A DNA stretch of 63,790 nucleotides, the filler included, from Lenisia limosa (taxonomy: Eukaryota > Protista > Breviatea): assembly GCA_001655205.1 (NCBI GenBank). It is 12 parts of 12 records of this genome, joined end to end, with 100 filler letters (N's around TTAATTAATTAA, not from the genome) between each part and the next. Parts side by side here need not be neighbours in the genome. Positions count along the whole stretch, not along the records: positions 1 to 7,248 come from LPNZ01010731.1; positions 7,349 to 14,747 come from LPNZ01009235.1; 10 more parts are not named here. One strand, given 5' to 3'. The notes beneath the pieces were generated by a model. That model was not told where the DNA came from and did not search any database. It was given only the letters and a program-made list of their open reading frames with translations. The position numbers and the translations under genes are program-made. Shown piece after piece: positions 1 to 11,067 of the stretch (the stretch's first letter is position 1; each line of letters starts with the position of its first letter).

Positions 1-3000
1 TGGGGATGATATGACATCATATCATATGTAGAGTATTATATGATATGAAAATATTGTCATATATTATAATGATGTATATTTTGTATATACCCCTATATCA
101 TATATATAGTATAGGTGTATCCTCAAAGCTCCGGACATTAAAATTCAATGGACACATCAAAACTCCTGGACAGCTTGAAGTTGACACCTTGTATAGGCCA
201 ATGTTAGTGTTTTTTTGAAAAACTGCTTCGCCAGATACACAAAGAAATATACCTCCGAATGTTCCCCAACTTTTTTTTTCAATTTTGAGCAAGTTTTGAT
301 GTGTCTGGTGAACTGTGAATGATGTCCCGTAGCTTTGACTACAATTATACGATATATAGCAACATATTACACCGCCCACCAGGTCACTCGCATGTCTAGC
401 CAGTCCATAAGAGTCCCGAATATAGTCTGCAGGGACAGCTCCAACCACATGCGGTGCTGCAGTGGAGTGGTGGATCGTGGTTTGAGGAGTGAACGTTACG
501 CCGGGACCTTGGGGGGGGGGGGGGNNNNNNNNNNNNNNNNNNNNNNNNNNNNNNNNNNNNNNNNNNNNNNNNNNNNNNNNNNNNNNNNNNNNNNNNNNNN
601 NNNNNNNNNNNNNNNNNNNNNNNNNNNNNNCTCTGATGGCTGACAACACACGCGGGTTGATAACACCCACACCCAAAGAACACGGTTCAAGTTGAAACAC
701 CTGAATAACTCTCACCCATCCCCCAGAATCAATATTAGAATCATCCCCCCACCCGATTCGAGTGAAGCCGCTGTTGATGGTCGGGATAGGAGAGAACTGA
801 ACTCGATCTTTTCTGATGATTCTGGGGGGGGGGGGTAAAACGAAGGAAATTTCGACGAAGAATATTGGGGTAAAGGACTAGTCCCGTACCGAATAATCTG
901 AAACTCCGGTGGTAAAATGGAAAATTCATGAACCAAAGACAGAAATCTCTGCAAATAAAGGATACTGTCGCAACACTTCACTGATAACAACCCTTTACTT
1001 CAACAACTAGACAACACCCAAGGGTTGATAACAACAACATAGCCCAGCCCCCACCCCCATACGATCCGAAATCGGCCCCTTTGTGCGGAGAGGTGCCAGA
1101 AGGCTGTCCCCAAGACCAAACATTTGAGACTCTTCAAGTACCCGGGTATCTGGGGGGAGGAGTAAAAAAACTGGTCAAACAAAGGTGTCTGATAAATACC
1201 TACAATGTATATATGGATCCTATCGAGGGTTTATCGAGGATTTATCTTAATACTGTATCCTGAAATTAATTGGGAAATTAATATAAACTTGAAGTACAGA
1301 TGCATTGTAATGTAAACTCAAATGCAGACACTTTATTTGCACGGTGGCCCATACCACCCCACCACCACCGTCCTTGATGGTGTCGTATCTGAACCCAACG
1401 GACTTGGACTTGGACTGTATGGTCATCAAAATTTTGAATAAAAGAGGGAAGGAAATGATTGGGTAAAAAAACCCATTCTCCCCATTATTCTACATCTGAG
1501 TACACTAGTATTGTTTTAAGTTGGTGCTTTTCTTTCATTTGTCCTTAGCAAACCGTCACTGTTTTTGCTCGGTTTCTGAGAGGACGTCGCAATACAGAAG
1601 GCAGGACTTTATTACCAGCCATTGAAACCGATTCAGACCCCACAATCATCATGGATTCCGCTGGGTCTGCAAGGAGGTAGTTAGAAGATGAAAAACAACT
1701 GGATTAACTAAACACTTTCTCCCAAGCCCAATTTCTTCTGAGAAGATATATTACTTAGAGTACATGGCCGAGGCATCCCTTTATTCAGTCCCATACAAAA
1801 ACCAAATAAAACTCATCCTTATATCGTCGCCACTTCTCCTTTATCCCAAATACATCCACCACACACACACACACCTTGACTCTTCTGCCGTGCCTTGACT
1901 TGCTTTGCAGGTGAGACCCTGGCTGCAACGGTGAGAATGTATGGGGGAAAAGGTGTGTGGTGAGAGAATATAAAAGGAATATAAAGACTAAGAAGACATA
2001 AAGCCAAGCTAACATGGAAAAGGTGGCATATCGGACGAATACACTGAAGACGGCGGCGGTAGTAATGCTGTCTCGCGCGTCACAAATTGCTAAAGTGTTA
2101 GGTTAAAAAACAATTCGATAAAAATTGCTAGAATAACAGGTCAGCAATACAACCAAAAAATATCGTAGAATATCAAGTAATCAAATACAATCTATAAAAA
2201 TTGCAACATATCAAGCTGCCAATACATTTTGCTTTCACATGAAGGAAGAATAAGACTGTGATGAGAATGAAAGAGGCATTAAAGGGTGGCTAAAATTTGT
2301 GACAAGAGTAAATGGTACAAATCTGCAGGAGTGAAAAAGGGGGATAGTTGGTATGGAAATTAACTTATATTACAATTTGTTTCAAAGTCAAATTATTAAT
2401 AAAATGTACAAGATCAATTCTGGAGGATGTTATGTGTAGAGAGAAATATGAAAAAAAAAATAGGCAGNNNNNNNNNNNNNNNNNNNNNNNNNNNNNNNNN
2501 NNNNNNNNNNNNNNNNNNNNNNNNNNNNNNNNNNNNTTGATAAGAGATATTGGAAAAAAAACACATTGATGAGAGTATCAGATCAGGCAAACCTGATGAA
2601 TCAACCGATCAGTTTTCCTTGATTTCCTCTTGGTGTACTTATGCAGATCACTGGTGATCTTCACCAGTGGCGTTGAGGCACCTGGGGGGGGGGGGTAAAA
2701 TAGGATAATTTATAAGAAAACAAAAGCCCAAAACCAACGCTGTTGGCTGACGATACTATCTATCGATAAAAAATGTATCGTATTAATCGTTTAACGTGCA
2801 AAACAAAACCCTCATACTATGAATACTCAACGCTGAGGCTCGGAGGGAATCCGTTGCTTCCGAAGGTTCCAAAGGTTCAGAAGGGTTCAGTAAACCGCCG
2901 TAGGGGTCTAATATCGTAAAACCCAAAGACGTATTTATTTCACAATATAACATTGATATGAGAATGTTTATTTAGAAATCATAACAAATAGAAATGGGTT

Positions 3001-6000
3001 AGGTCTTCCTGAAGCCACCCAAACCACACTATTATCAAATCATATTATTACTATAAATCATATCATACAAGATGAAATGTTATGAAGAACATCATTTTCA
3101 CCCTTCCCTACTATGCCATTGCACGTCCCCCGAATATCCTGAGGCTGCGGTACCTGGCGGGACAGGTGGAGGAAGAGGCACACTTGCAACACTCAATGAC
3201 GGGAATAGGCTGAATCGGGTAAAAACCAATATTAAAACGAATATGTTGAAATAAAGCGCGGCATGTCTAATGTCAAGCATAAAGAAGACATCCACAAAAG
3301 TAAAGCTGATTAGAGTGTAATTAACTAAAAATTCAACATTTTGAAGTTGCCTGATGATATATGTATGAGGAATGTCGAAATGCAGTCAATACTCGAAATT
3401 ACCTTTGTTCCCCGCTTCTAGCTCCCTGCATAAACGCGTCATTCTTCACCGGGTCGGAAAGTTTCTGGTTTTTCTCCTTGGATGGAACAGTTTCCCTTTT
3501 ATCCACCTGAGATAAACTCGGCTGAATCCCTCCGATCGGATCGGAAGCCACAGGATCCGACTGCTTAGGAGGACGGGTGGTTGTTCTGCGATCTGAGAGA
3601 TCTGATGAGGATCTCGGCAGTCTAAAGCGTTAAGGAAGTTTTGAAAATTGTTTATCGATATACTCATATATCAGAGCATATGCATGTAGAATAAAGAGCA
3701 TCAATAAATAGCATTAATAAATAACATAAAGAACTGTCATATTTAACCTAACTACCTTTCCAAAGGAGCATTCTGGTCAGGCGGCGCGTGATCTGAGTAC
3801 CGTCGCTTCCGCCTAAAGCCCTATTATACTTGCACATCCATCATCCATGACCCCACACCACCGCATTGATGATGATGATTATCCCTCCAACCACATATCA
3901 TGCATTAGAGTTGATGATGATTATTATCCCTCCAACCACATCTCATGCATTAGAGGTATTGGTACTACCCCTAATACACCCACCGGAACAACACTCAAAC
4001 CCACAGTAAAACCGCATTTAACAATTCACCACATTCCCTCCCCCTTTGCCCTTTGTTCATTCAACACCCATTTCACCAACACTGATCCCCACTCTTGTTT
4101 CGTTGCACCTTCCTCTTGAAATGCGGGGTCATTTATGGGCAAATTTGGAACTGAACCGGAAGCAATAGGAGGGAGGGGCAAAACAAAGTGATCAGCACCG
4201 TGGCCTGCTGGGGTAGGGGGGGGGGGTATAATTGGTAAATGTATGAAAAAAAACAAAGCCCAAAATCAACTCTGCTGAAAAGAAAAAACAAACGGCTAGA
4301 AGGAGGTCCTCCCATGAGAATTTTGGCATTGTCAGGCATTTTGGTTGTTTCCATGTTGACTGACAACACACGAGGGTTGATAACAATAAAACAAACAAAG
4401 CCNNNNNNNNNNNNNNNNNNNNNNNNNNNNNNNNNNNNNNNNNNNNNNNNNNNNNNNNNNNNNNNNNNNNNTGATGAGAGGGAATTGTGCATCAAATACA
4501 TATAATCAAAGACCAAGCTTTATTTAAAACAATGGATAACATAGTAAATTATAAAAGAATAATTATGGGGGAAAATCTCTATTTAATACTAGTATAGTAT
4601 ATGGATTTCATATGAGTATTATAATAATATATCCCATCAAATCTTACACAACTCACCAAGAGATGAGGAGCTTGAATCAACCCTGGGGAGGCTATAAAAA
4701 GACTCGTGCGAGGGTACTATGGTGCCATCATCCTCTTCAACGTATAAATGATACACTTCTCCATCTGGACCCTCCACGACTTCAACAAGATTACCATCTT
4801 CGTCCTCTTCTTGACCTAAGAGATGTTATTGTCGTCAACAGTGTGGAAAGCTTCCTTGAGAGATATTACTGTCTTTATCCTCTTCTTGGCCTAGGAGATA
4901 TTGATATCATTTCAACACGAGGTGGAAAGCTGCTTTGATGAGAGATATTTTCGTCTTTATCACTATGATGCTTTCACATGACAAGACTTATCGTGTACAT
5001 ACAATGAACCTGGATAAGTCTTGACCGATTTACGATGTAATTTCCCAGGAAAATAGGTCAAGACTCCCGGTCACTGTATGTATGTGGCAAAATGAGAAAA
5101 GTCATGAGTCTTCCGCATGAATGTTACTCTCTCCCTTTTGTCCTTACATCAAGTTCATATGATATGTAGAGTATAAACTGACTACGAGAAGTCAAAATAG
5201 ATATATTAAGTGAAATTTGATTCATAGTGATCAAGACGTCCCATGGTCAGCGCACGACGATGTTATCCTATTTGTTCCTAACACAGCCTGTCTCCACCAA
5301 TAACAACTAGTTTGTTCACAGCGTTTTGGTTATCCATACCAATCTCTGTTTTAATAGGTACGTTTACCCAACCTGTTGCCCACCCCTACCAATTAGTTTG
5401 TAATCCGGTCCTAACTCGTCCAACAACGACATCATAGGAGGCAACAAAGTCACCTTACCATCTTCTAAAACAATGAAACATAAAGTGTATGAATGATAAG
5501 AAAAATTATTGCTTTATTAAAACAAAAACGTAGTTGCTAAGGAAATAAATATTTAAGCAAAAGAAAAGGGGTTGCAAAGGAAATAGTAACATTAGGAGTA
5601 CACAGATACCAAAGACTCGACCTCACTGCCTGTGGTACCACAAAACCAAACAACTTAACTCCCCATTCGTTAGAATATATACGCCGCTAAGATCATCCAC
5701 AAAAGAGGAATCAAATGAAACTGGTGACTCAATAAGGTAAAATCTTTATCATTTGATTTAGGCTGTATTTTGCCACTTACAAGCGTATTGCAAGAGGAGA
5801 AGGGCTGATAGCTCCGCTGTGTCTTGAAAAAAAGAGAAAAAAACTCAATCTAACGCAATTTGAGAAAATATATTCATCCTTGTTGTTATAATAATAATAA
5901 CTGCGGAGTAATCTGCCTAAATCAAGCTTAAATTTGTCAATTTTTGTTTGTTTTTTTCCTTATGTGATCATATGATCTGAGAACTTGTCGGTTCTGATTT

Positions 6001-6277
6001 TTGCAGCCTCTTGACCTTACTAGTTTCTGCCACAGGTATTTAAGCGTTTAGTATACCATAAAATCGAAGATCAAAGCGGGAAAGAGTAATCCCTGGTGCT
6101 TAAAATGAGACATGTCTGAAAACGGGATCGACTACTTTGGCGAGACCTTACCAAGAGTTCATCCCTCTCAAGTTGAAATACAAAGGTGGGATTGGAGGTT
6201 TTATAGTAGAAGCAAGACTTTATTGGAATTTAGAGGCTTATCATCTGTTATAAAGCTCCGACAATATGATCACCAAC

Positions 6278-6423
6278 CCAATGATACGCACACTCGGGTG
6301 TGTTTATTCCCAATGATACTCTGACACACCGGGTGTTTGTTCCCAGTGATACTCTGACACACTCGGGTGTTTATTCCCAGTGATACTCTGACACACTCGG
6401 GTGTTTGATACTCTGACACACTC
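6278..6423. repeat. Tandem minisatellite, 34-bp unit TGATACTCTGACACACTCGGGTGTTTATTCCCAG (about 4 copies)
   Basis: Unit starts at 6347 and 6381, with degenerate copies on both sides and no spacers. Confidence 0.9.
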
Positions 6424-6647
6424 CCATCAAACCACATTACCCTCCTTAACGAGTGATGGGATACTGTGCGGCATGAAGCGACTGGTCTGGGCTTTGTTTG
6501 TTTTGTTGTTGTCAACCCTCGTGTGTTGTCAGTCAACAAAGTTAATTTTATGTTTGTTTTTTTTTTTTGTTTCATACATTTTTCAACTTTTCCCCTTGGT
6601 CATATACACCTATTGATTCCCTTTCTGTTTTCTTCTCTCCCTGTACC

Positions 6648-6744
6648 TAGGGCTTCACTTCGGTTTGAAAAAAGACTGAATTTATCGATAAATCCTCGAA
6701 AACTATCGATTTTTCCCGGTTTTTTGGAACCGAAGTGAAGCCCA
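6648..6744. mobile_element. hAT-like MITE (family 1), TIR TAGGGCTTCACTTCGGTT, with 8-bp target-site duplication CCTGTACC
   Basis: GGGCTTCACTTCGGTT (6650-6665) and AACCGAAGTGAAGCCC (6728-6743) are perfect inverted repeats. CCTGTACC lies at 6640-6647 and 6745-6752. Other full or partial copies at 50524-50618, 51845-51927, about 52635-52700, 54290-54340 and about 57983-58043. Confidence 0.75.
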
Positions 6745-7248
6745 CCTGTACCCCTGTATTTGTTTCTGTTCAGCCCAGTGAGGATTGCACATACCTCTCC
6801 TCCATCAACCTTCGTAAAATTTCCCTTCTTTGTTTCCTACAATCACCATCTCCCCTTTTCCCGGTATCACTTTCATAAGATACCCGTGCCCCTTTTGGGC
6901 TTATTTCTTGTTTCATAAATTTTCCGATCCTCCCCCCCTCCATTCACTGTCAGTCCAACGCCACGCCCACGCCTGACGCAAACCCTGGCTGCCTCTCCGC
7001 ACATCTCACCGCTGTCTTCAGACTCGGCCTTTTATACGCCGCCGTCATCCCCCTCGGCTGTGGCGGCCCAGGTAAGGGTGTTTTGGTTTGTTTGTTTTTA
7101 TTATTATTATTAGATTTGGCTTGGTTTGTTTTTGGCTTGGCTTGGCTTGGCTTCGTTCAGATACAACCTAGTTTTATTACTCATCTCTATATACAGTGAC
7201 CAGGATAAGTCTTCTCCGATTCGCTATATGATTTCATAGTCACTATAC

Positions 7249-7348
7249 NNNNNNNNNNNNNNNNNNNNNNNNNNNNNNNNNNNNNNNNNNNNTTAATTAA
7301 TTAANNNNNNNNNNNNNNNNNNNNNNNNNNNNNNNNNNNNNNNNNNNN
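7249..7348. other. Artificial scaffold-concatenation linker (44N-TTAATTAATTAA-44N), left boundary of the bacterial scaffold
   Basis: Exact 100-nt structure with stops in all six frames, repeated 11 times in the window (others start at 14748, 17588, 20056, 22259, 48874, 52147, 55460, 56777, 58407, 60701). Confidence 0.97.
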
Positions 7349-7479
7349 GCTATAATCCATTGCTTGCTTTTGGCTAATTACACGATTTATTCCTACATTT
7401 AGCAACCTATGATTCCTACTCGAAAATCCTGCGGATTTTACTCGCAACGGAATCATAGCCAAACCGTTGGCAAACATTA
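7349..7479 (+). repeat. attC-like element 1 (left end truncated by scaffold edge)
   Basis: Left arm GCTATAATCCATTGC pairs with right arm GCAACGGAATCATAGC. Ends AAACC-GTTGGCAAACATTA (GTT at 7466). Confidence 0.8.
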
Positions 7480-7481
7480 GA

Positions 7482-7991
7482 ATGAACGACGACAGAAGAA
7501 AGAAAATCGAGTTATTAAAAAGAAAAAATAAAGTCAAAAACGATGTGAAATTTTTGACTGAATTCTATGCGGATATAGAAATCGTTGAATTTCTGACAAA
7601 TGACGAATTGAATAAAATGTTTGCATTCGACAAAAAGGAAGATGTTAGAAATTATAATCTTGAATTTTCTTACTCGCCATCTGAAAACGAAACTGTGAAA
7701 TCAGACTTATCCGACTTGATTGAAGACAGTTTTTTGTTCAAACCTTATGATTTAAGCGACCAAACTTATTGCTTAACCCATAAAACAGAATTCAATAAAA
7801 TCTTTGAGAGAACATTTATAGAAAATAACATTCCGACTTTGATTTACACTAGCGATGGAGAAATATCAATTGTGGTTTCTAAAGAGGTTGTCGATTACGA
7901 ATTAAAAGACGGAATTAAAACTCAAAAAGAATGGTGGAATATAATTGTAGGAGGAATAAAAGGAATAAAACAAATCATAAATAAAAAATAA
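7482..7991 (+). CDS. Hypothetical protein, 169 aa, cassette cargo
   Basis: ATG at 7482, 16 nt after the GTT. Stop TAA (7989-7991) lies inside the end box TAACGTTTGCCAAC. No recognisable domain. Confidence 0.8.
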   Translation: MNDDRRKKIELLKRKNKVKNDVKFLTEFYADIEIVEFLTNDELNKMFAFDKKEDVRNYNLEFSYSPSENETVKSDLSDLIEDSFLFKPYDLSDQTYCLTHKTEFNKIFERTFIENNIPTLIYTSDGEISIVVSKEVVDYELKDGIKTQKEWWNIIVGGIKGIKQIINKK

Positions 7992-8050
7992 CGTTTGCCA
8001 ACACCGGCTATAGTTCATTGCTTCTGACTTTCCTCTCGGAAAGTCCTCGC
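7989..8050 (+). repeat. attC-like element 2 (right half lost in N gap)
   Basis: TAACGTTTGCCAAC-ACC-GGCTATAGTTCATTGC followed by sub-hairpin GACTTTCC-TCTC-GGAAAGTC. Confidence 0.75.
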
Positions 8051-8090
8051 NNNNNNNNNNNNNNNNNNNNNNNNNNNNNNNNNNNNNNNN

Positions 8091-8828
8091 GCTTTAACAA
8101 TATACTTTTTCCTATTAACTAACTTCTGCTTCTCTCAGATAAAGAAAAAGGATTTGAACGGAATTTGGAAAACCAATACGGAGTTGTTTTCAAAAGCGGA
8201 CACAATTAAATTTTATTCAAATATTAAAGATTGTTACCAAACAAAATGGACAATAGAAAAGAGAAAATTTAAAACTAACGATTTAAATATTTGTACAGAA
8301 CCACCAAGATTAAGTGGAATTGTTGGTAAGGAGAAAATTAAGTTGAGAAAAACAGATTTCGGGCAAGTAATTGAACATTATCAAAACGGAATTCTTGCTG
8401 ACAAATTCAGAATCGTCGAATTAAAAGAACAAAATTCACAGGAACTGAAATTAATGCGTTTTGACAAGTTATCTGAACAAAAGGTTTATAAATATGTGGA
8501 CTCTTTAGTTTTCAAAGTTCTGAACTACAATCCAGATAGTACAACGAACAATTATGGAGTAAAAATTTCGGAATCTAATCAGAATGTGAAAATAAAAATA
8601 CGAGATGGTGGAATTGGAAATCTAGAACCACTTGTTGTAGTGAATGGACGACCATTACAAAATAGAGAACCATTGAAAGAACTATTGCTTGTGGAAACTT
8701 ATGCTATTAAATATCTGACTAAAGAACAATCAGCAAGTATTTACGGTTCGAGAGCAATAAATGGAGTTATTTTACTATTGACATCTGAAAAAAGATTTAA
8801 AAAAATATGGAAAAAATACGGCAGGTAA
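8091..8828 (+). CDS. Secreted protein with C-terminal TonB-dependent-receptor (SusC-type) plug-like domain, 5' end in gap
   Basis: The frame is open from 8091 (ALTIYFFLLTNFCFSQ, signal-peptide-like). C-terminus EPLVVVNGRP...SASIYGSRAINGVILLLT matches the SusC plug motif. No beta-barrel follows. Confidence 0.75.
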   Translation, partial: ALTIYFFLLTNFCFSQIKKKDLNGIWKTNTELFSKADTIKFYSNIKDCYQTKWTIEKRKFKTNDLNICTEPPRLSGIVGKEKIKLRKTDFGQVIEHYQNGILADKFRIVELKEQNSQELKLMRFDKLSEQKVYKYVDSLVFKVLNYNPDSTTNNYGVKISESNQNVKIKIRDGGIGNLEPLVVVNGRPLQNREPLKELLLVETYAIKYLTKEQSASIYGSRAINGVILLLTSEKRFKKIWKKYGR

Positions 8829-8886
8829 CAATGTATAACCGCAATTACGGCGGATTCGACTACGTCCGAATCCACTCGGAATTGCT
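8816..8886 (+). repeat. attC-like element 3 (right half lost in gap)
   Basis: ATACGGCAGGTAAC-AAT-GTATAACCGCAATTACGG. The internal sequence is nearly identical to element 5. Confidence 0.75.
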
Positions 8887-9010
8887 NNNNNNNNNNNNNN
8901 NNNNNNNNNNNNNNNNNNNNNNNNNNNNNNNNNNNNNNNNNNNNNNNNNNNNNNNNNNNNNNNNNNNNNNNNNNNNNNNNNNNNNNNNNNNNNNNNNTAA
9001 AAAAACTAAC

Positions 9011-9247
9011 GTGGAACAACTAACAGAAGAAGAAAAGTTAAAGAAATTTGAACCTTTCGTAAATAGATATAAAGAAATGATGCTACTTGCGTTTAAGGAA
9101 GGTTATAAAGGAGAAAAAGGAATTTTAGAGTATTACTTAACTGTGATAAAAATGGCAGAATACTTAAAAGAAAATTATGACCCTAAAGACCCTTCAAAAA
9201 CTCTTGGTATAATCCCTCGAATTCATTATACCTTTGAGAAAGCATAA
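9011..9247 (+). CDS. Small hypothetical protein, about 78 aa (start uncertain, may begin in gap)
   Basis: GTG at 9011, reading MEQLTEEEKLKKFEPF. Overlaps the opposite-strand ORF by 65 nt. Confidence 0.45.
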   Translation: MEQLTEEEKLKKFEPFVNRYKEMMLLAFKEGYKGEKGILEYYLTVIKMAEYLKENYDPKDPSKTLGIIPRIHYTFEKA

Positions 9248-9506
9248 GGTTAAGAATACTGTTAAAAGCAGTTGTTTTATGATAGTATTCTTGACCATCT
9301 ATAAATACCGACTCTCTGATTGGGAAATTTTTATGGATGTATTTGTGTAGGGAATTTTTGTTAGCGGATATTTCAAACTCAATGTCTGACTTATTAAAAT
9401 TAGACTTATCAAGATTTCTAAGGAACTTTTTAAATAAACTGACCTTTGAACTTATTAAATTATCAAAATTTGTTTTTTCTTGTTCTAATGTAATAGTATC
9501 TGACAT
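9183..9506 (-). CDS. Hypothetical protein, 107 aa, antisense to the array
   Basis: ATG at 9506 (MSDTITLEQEK). The ORF-track extension to 9623 runs into element 4 and is probably not real. Confidence 0.45.
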   Translation of the reverse strand: MSDTITLEQEKTNFDNLISSKVSLFKKFLRNLDKSNFNKSDIEFEISANKNSLHKYIHKNFPIRESVFIDGQEYYHKTTAFNSILNLMLSQRYNEFEGLYQEFLKGL

Positions 9507-9539
9507 AATTAAAAATTTTCTGACTAAATTAACAAAAAA

Positions 9540-9684
9540 ATACTGTGTACAACACAGTATATAAAAAATAACTAGGCAAGTGCCGAGCCTAGAATTTCGG
9601 CAAATAAAAAACACAACGGACATACGAAAATTTAGCGTTTATTTACACGTTACTTTTCATATACAAAACCGTTATGTGCAAGCT
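9540..9684 (+). repeat. attC-like element 4 (complete, AAC 9551 to GTT 9673 = 123 bp)
   Basis: Arms GTATATAAAAAATAAC and GTTACTTTTCATATAC. Boxes ATACTGTGTACAAC and GTTATGTGCAAGCT. Confidence 0.85.
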
Positions 9685-9710
9685 GAAAAAACAGCTCGTA
9701 ATAGAATATA

Positions 9711-10226
9711 ATGACCGAACAAGCAATAATAAAACAGATTGGAAAACCAGCGGAAATTGACTTTCGAAAACCGAAAGCAATCGGAAGTGCTGGATTTTAT
9801 CTTAAGTCATTTAAAGCTAAAAACCCTGAATCTGAAAATTTGAAACTGGATTCAAAATGCAACTTTGAAAAGCGGACAAACGGAATTTTATTACGTGCGA
9901 ATTATTCGAATAAGCTGACCGCAATACCAATCCCAAAAGAAAGTATAATCGGAATTACAATCACGAGAGGAAAAGAAACGATTGCCCCATTTTTTTTATC
10001 GCCAATGTGGATTTTATTAAAACTCGGAGTTTCGAAATTATACGCTCGATATTTTAAAATTTTAATCAGCGAATATTCGATTGACCAAATGGAATTGAAT
10101 TTAAAAACGGCTGAATATGAAATGGACTTTATAGCAAACGGATATCTATTCGAAAGACAAAAAAGTTTCTTTGAAAATCTGAATTACAAAAACAAATTAA
10201 AAACAATAATAAAAGCCAGCACATAA
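9711..10226 (+). CDS. Hypothetical protein, 171 aa, cassette cargo
   Basis: Clean ATG-TAA ORF whose stop overlaps the AAC of the end box AGCCAGCACATAAC. One moderately hydrophobic segment. Confidence 0.8.
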   Translation: MTEQAIIKQIGKPAEIDFRKPKAIGSAGFYLKSFKAKNPESENLKLDSKCNFEKRTNGILLRANYSNKLTAIPIPKESIIGITITRGKETIAPFFLSPMWILLKLGVSKLYARYFKILISEYSIDQMELNLKTAEYEMDFIANGYLFERQKSFFENLNYKNKLKTIIKAST

Positions 10227-10320
10227 CAATGTATAACCGCAATTACGGCGGATTCGACTACGTTCGAATCCACTCGGAATTGCGAGCGTCAGTGCTTACT
10301 CGAATATTAACGCATAAAAC
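10214..10320 (+). repeat. attC-like element 5 (right end lost in gap)
   Basis: AAC-AAT-GTATAACCGCAATTACGGCGGATTCGACTACG, matching element 3 over about 59 nt with one mismatch. Confidence 0.8.
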
Positions 10321-10330
10321 NNNNNNNNNN

Positions 10331-11065
10331 ATTACATTAGGATTACTTTGTTTATTTTCAAATCTGATTTTTAGTCAGATTACTTTAGAACATTCTTACA
10401 CTGGAAACTCTCAACTTTTATATTCTGGTTATAAATTTTCGTTCAATACTGAAAACGATATTTATTTCTATACTTATGACAGCAGTTCAAACTCAATTGA
10501 TATTTACAATAGCAGTCATACCTTATATAAAACGGTTTCATTACCATTTACAAATACTGCATATTTAAGTATCTTTTTTCCGACTGACAAACTTTTCAAC
10601 AATGACAACTTGATTGAATTCATAGCAATGGCGTATTCAAATAGCGGAACTTCAAGTATGCAATTAATTAACGAAGATGGTACAGTTTTATATGATTTTG
10701 GAGATAAAAACAGAGCTGACTTAAATAAAACGAATTCTTCAGAATATAAACTTATAACTTCCAAAAGTGACGGAGTTAATATAGATGTTTACGGTTTAAC
10801 TGGAACATTATCTGTAATTCAAGAAACGCAATTTTCTTTAAAAAACATTTATCCAAATCCAGCAAACGAATCAATTAATATTCCTAACTCTTTAGGCAAA
10901 AACAAATCGGCAGATTTAAAAATATATAGTATTAATGGACAAGAAATAATTTCAAAGAAAATAAGCACCAACAATGAATATATATCAATTGACATTTCTA
11001 ATTTGTCATCTGGTGTATATATTTATGAATTAAATGGAGTTTCCGAAAGATTTATAAAAAAATAA
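10331..11065 (+). CDS. T9SS type A sorting-domain-containing secreted protein (5' end in gap)
   Basis: Signal-peptide tail ITLGLLCLFSNLIFSQ. C-terminal IYPNPANESINI...KIYSINGQ...IDISNLSSGVYIYEL...RFIKK is the Bacteroidota Por/T9SS CTD motif. Confidence 0.85.
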   Translation: MTLGLLCLFSNLIFSQITLEHSYTGNSQLLYSGYKFSFNTENDIYFYTYDSSSNSIDIYNSSHTLYKTVSLPFTNTAYLSIFFPTDKLFNNDNLIEFIAMAYSNSGTSSMQLINEDGTVLYDFGDKNRADLNKTNSSEYKLITSKSDGVNIDVYGLTGTLSVIQETQFSLKNIYPNPANESINIPNSLGKNKSADLKIYSINGQEIISKKISTNNEYISIDISNLSSGVYIYELNGVSERFIKK

Positions 11066-11067
11066 AA

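Noticed and set aside
511-630. Long G/C runs next to N gaps as G-quadruplex or other functional signals
   Set aside because: Runs abut most internal gaps, which fits short-read dropout at homopolymers. Their lengths are unreliable, and ORFs containing X are artefacts.
98-6260. Exon-like fragments in the first scaffold (e.g. VPADYIRDSYGL, MSENGIDYFGET)
   Set aside because: They could not be joined into a gene model or matched to a family with any confidence.
6278-6423. 34-bp repeat as a mini-CRISPR
   Set aside because: Units are head-to-tail without unique spacers and lie in eukaryotic DNA.
7293-7304. TTAATTAATTAA as a biological motif
   Set aside because: It is always centred in an exact 100-nt N spacer and is a six-frame stop linker.
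8807-10320. Shared N-terminal peptide MYNRNYGGFDYVRIHSEL in ORF-track entries 8807..9247 and 10229..11065
   Set aside because: It is a translation of the twin attC-like elements joined to downstream genes across N gaps, not a protein leader.
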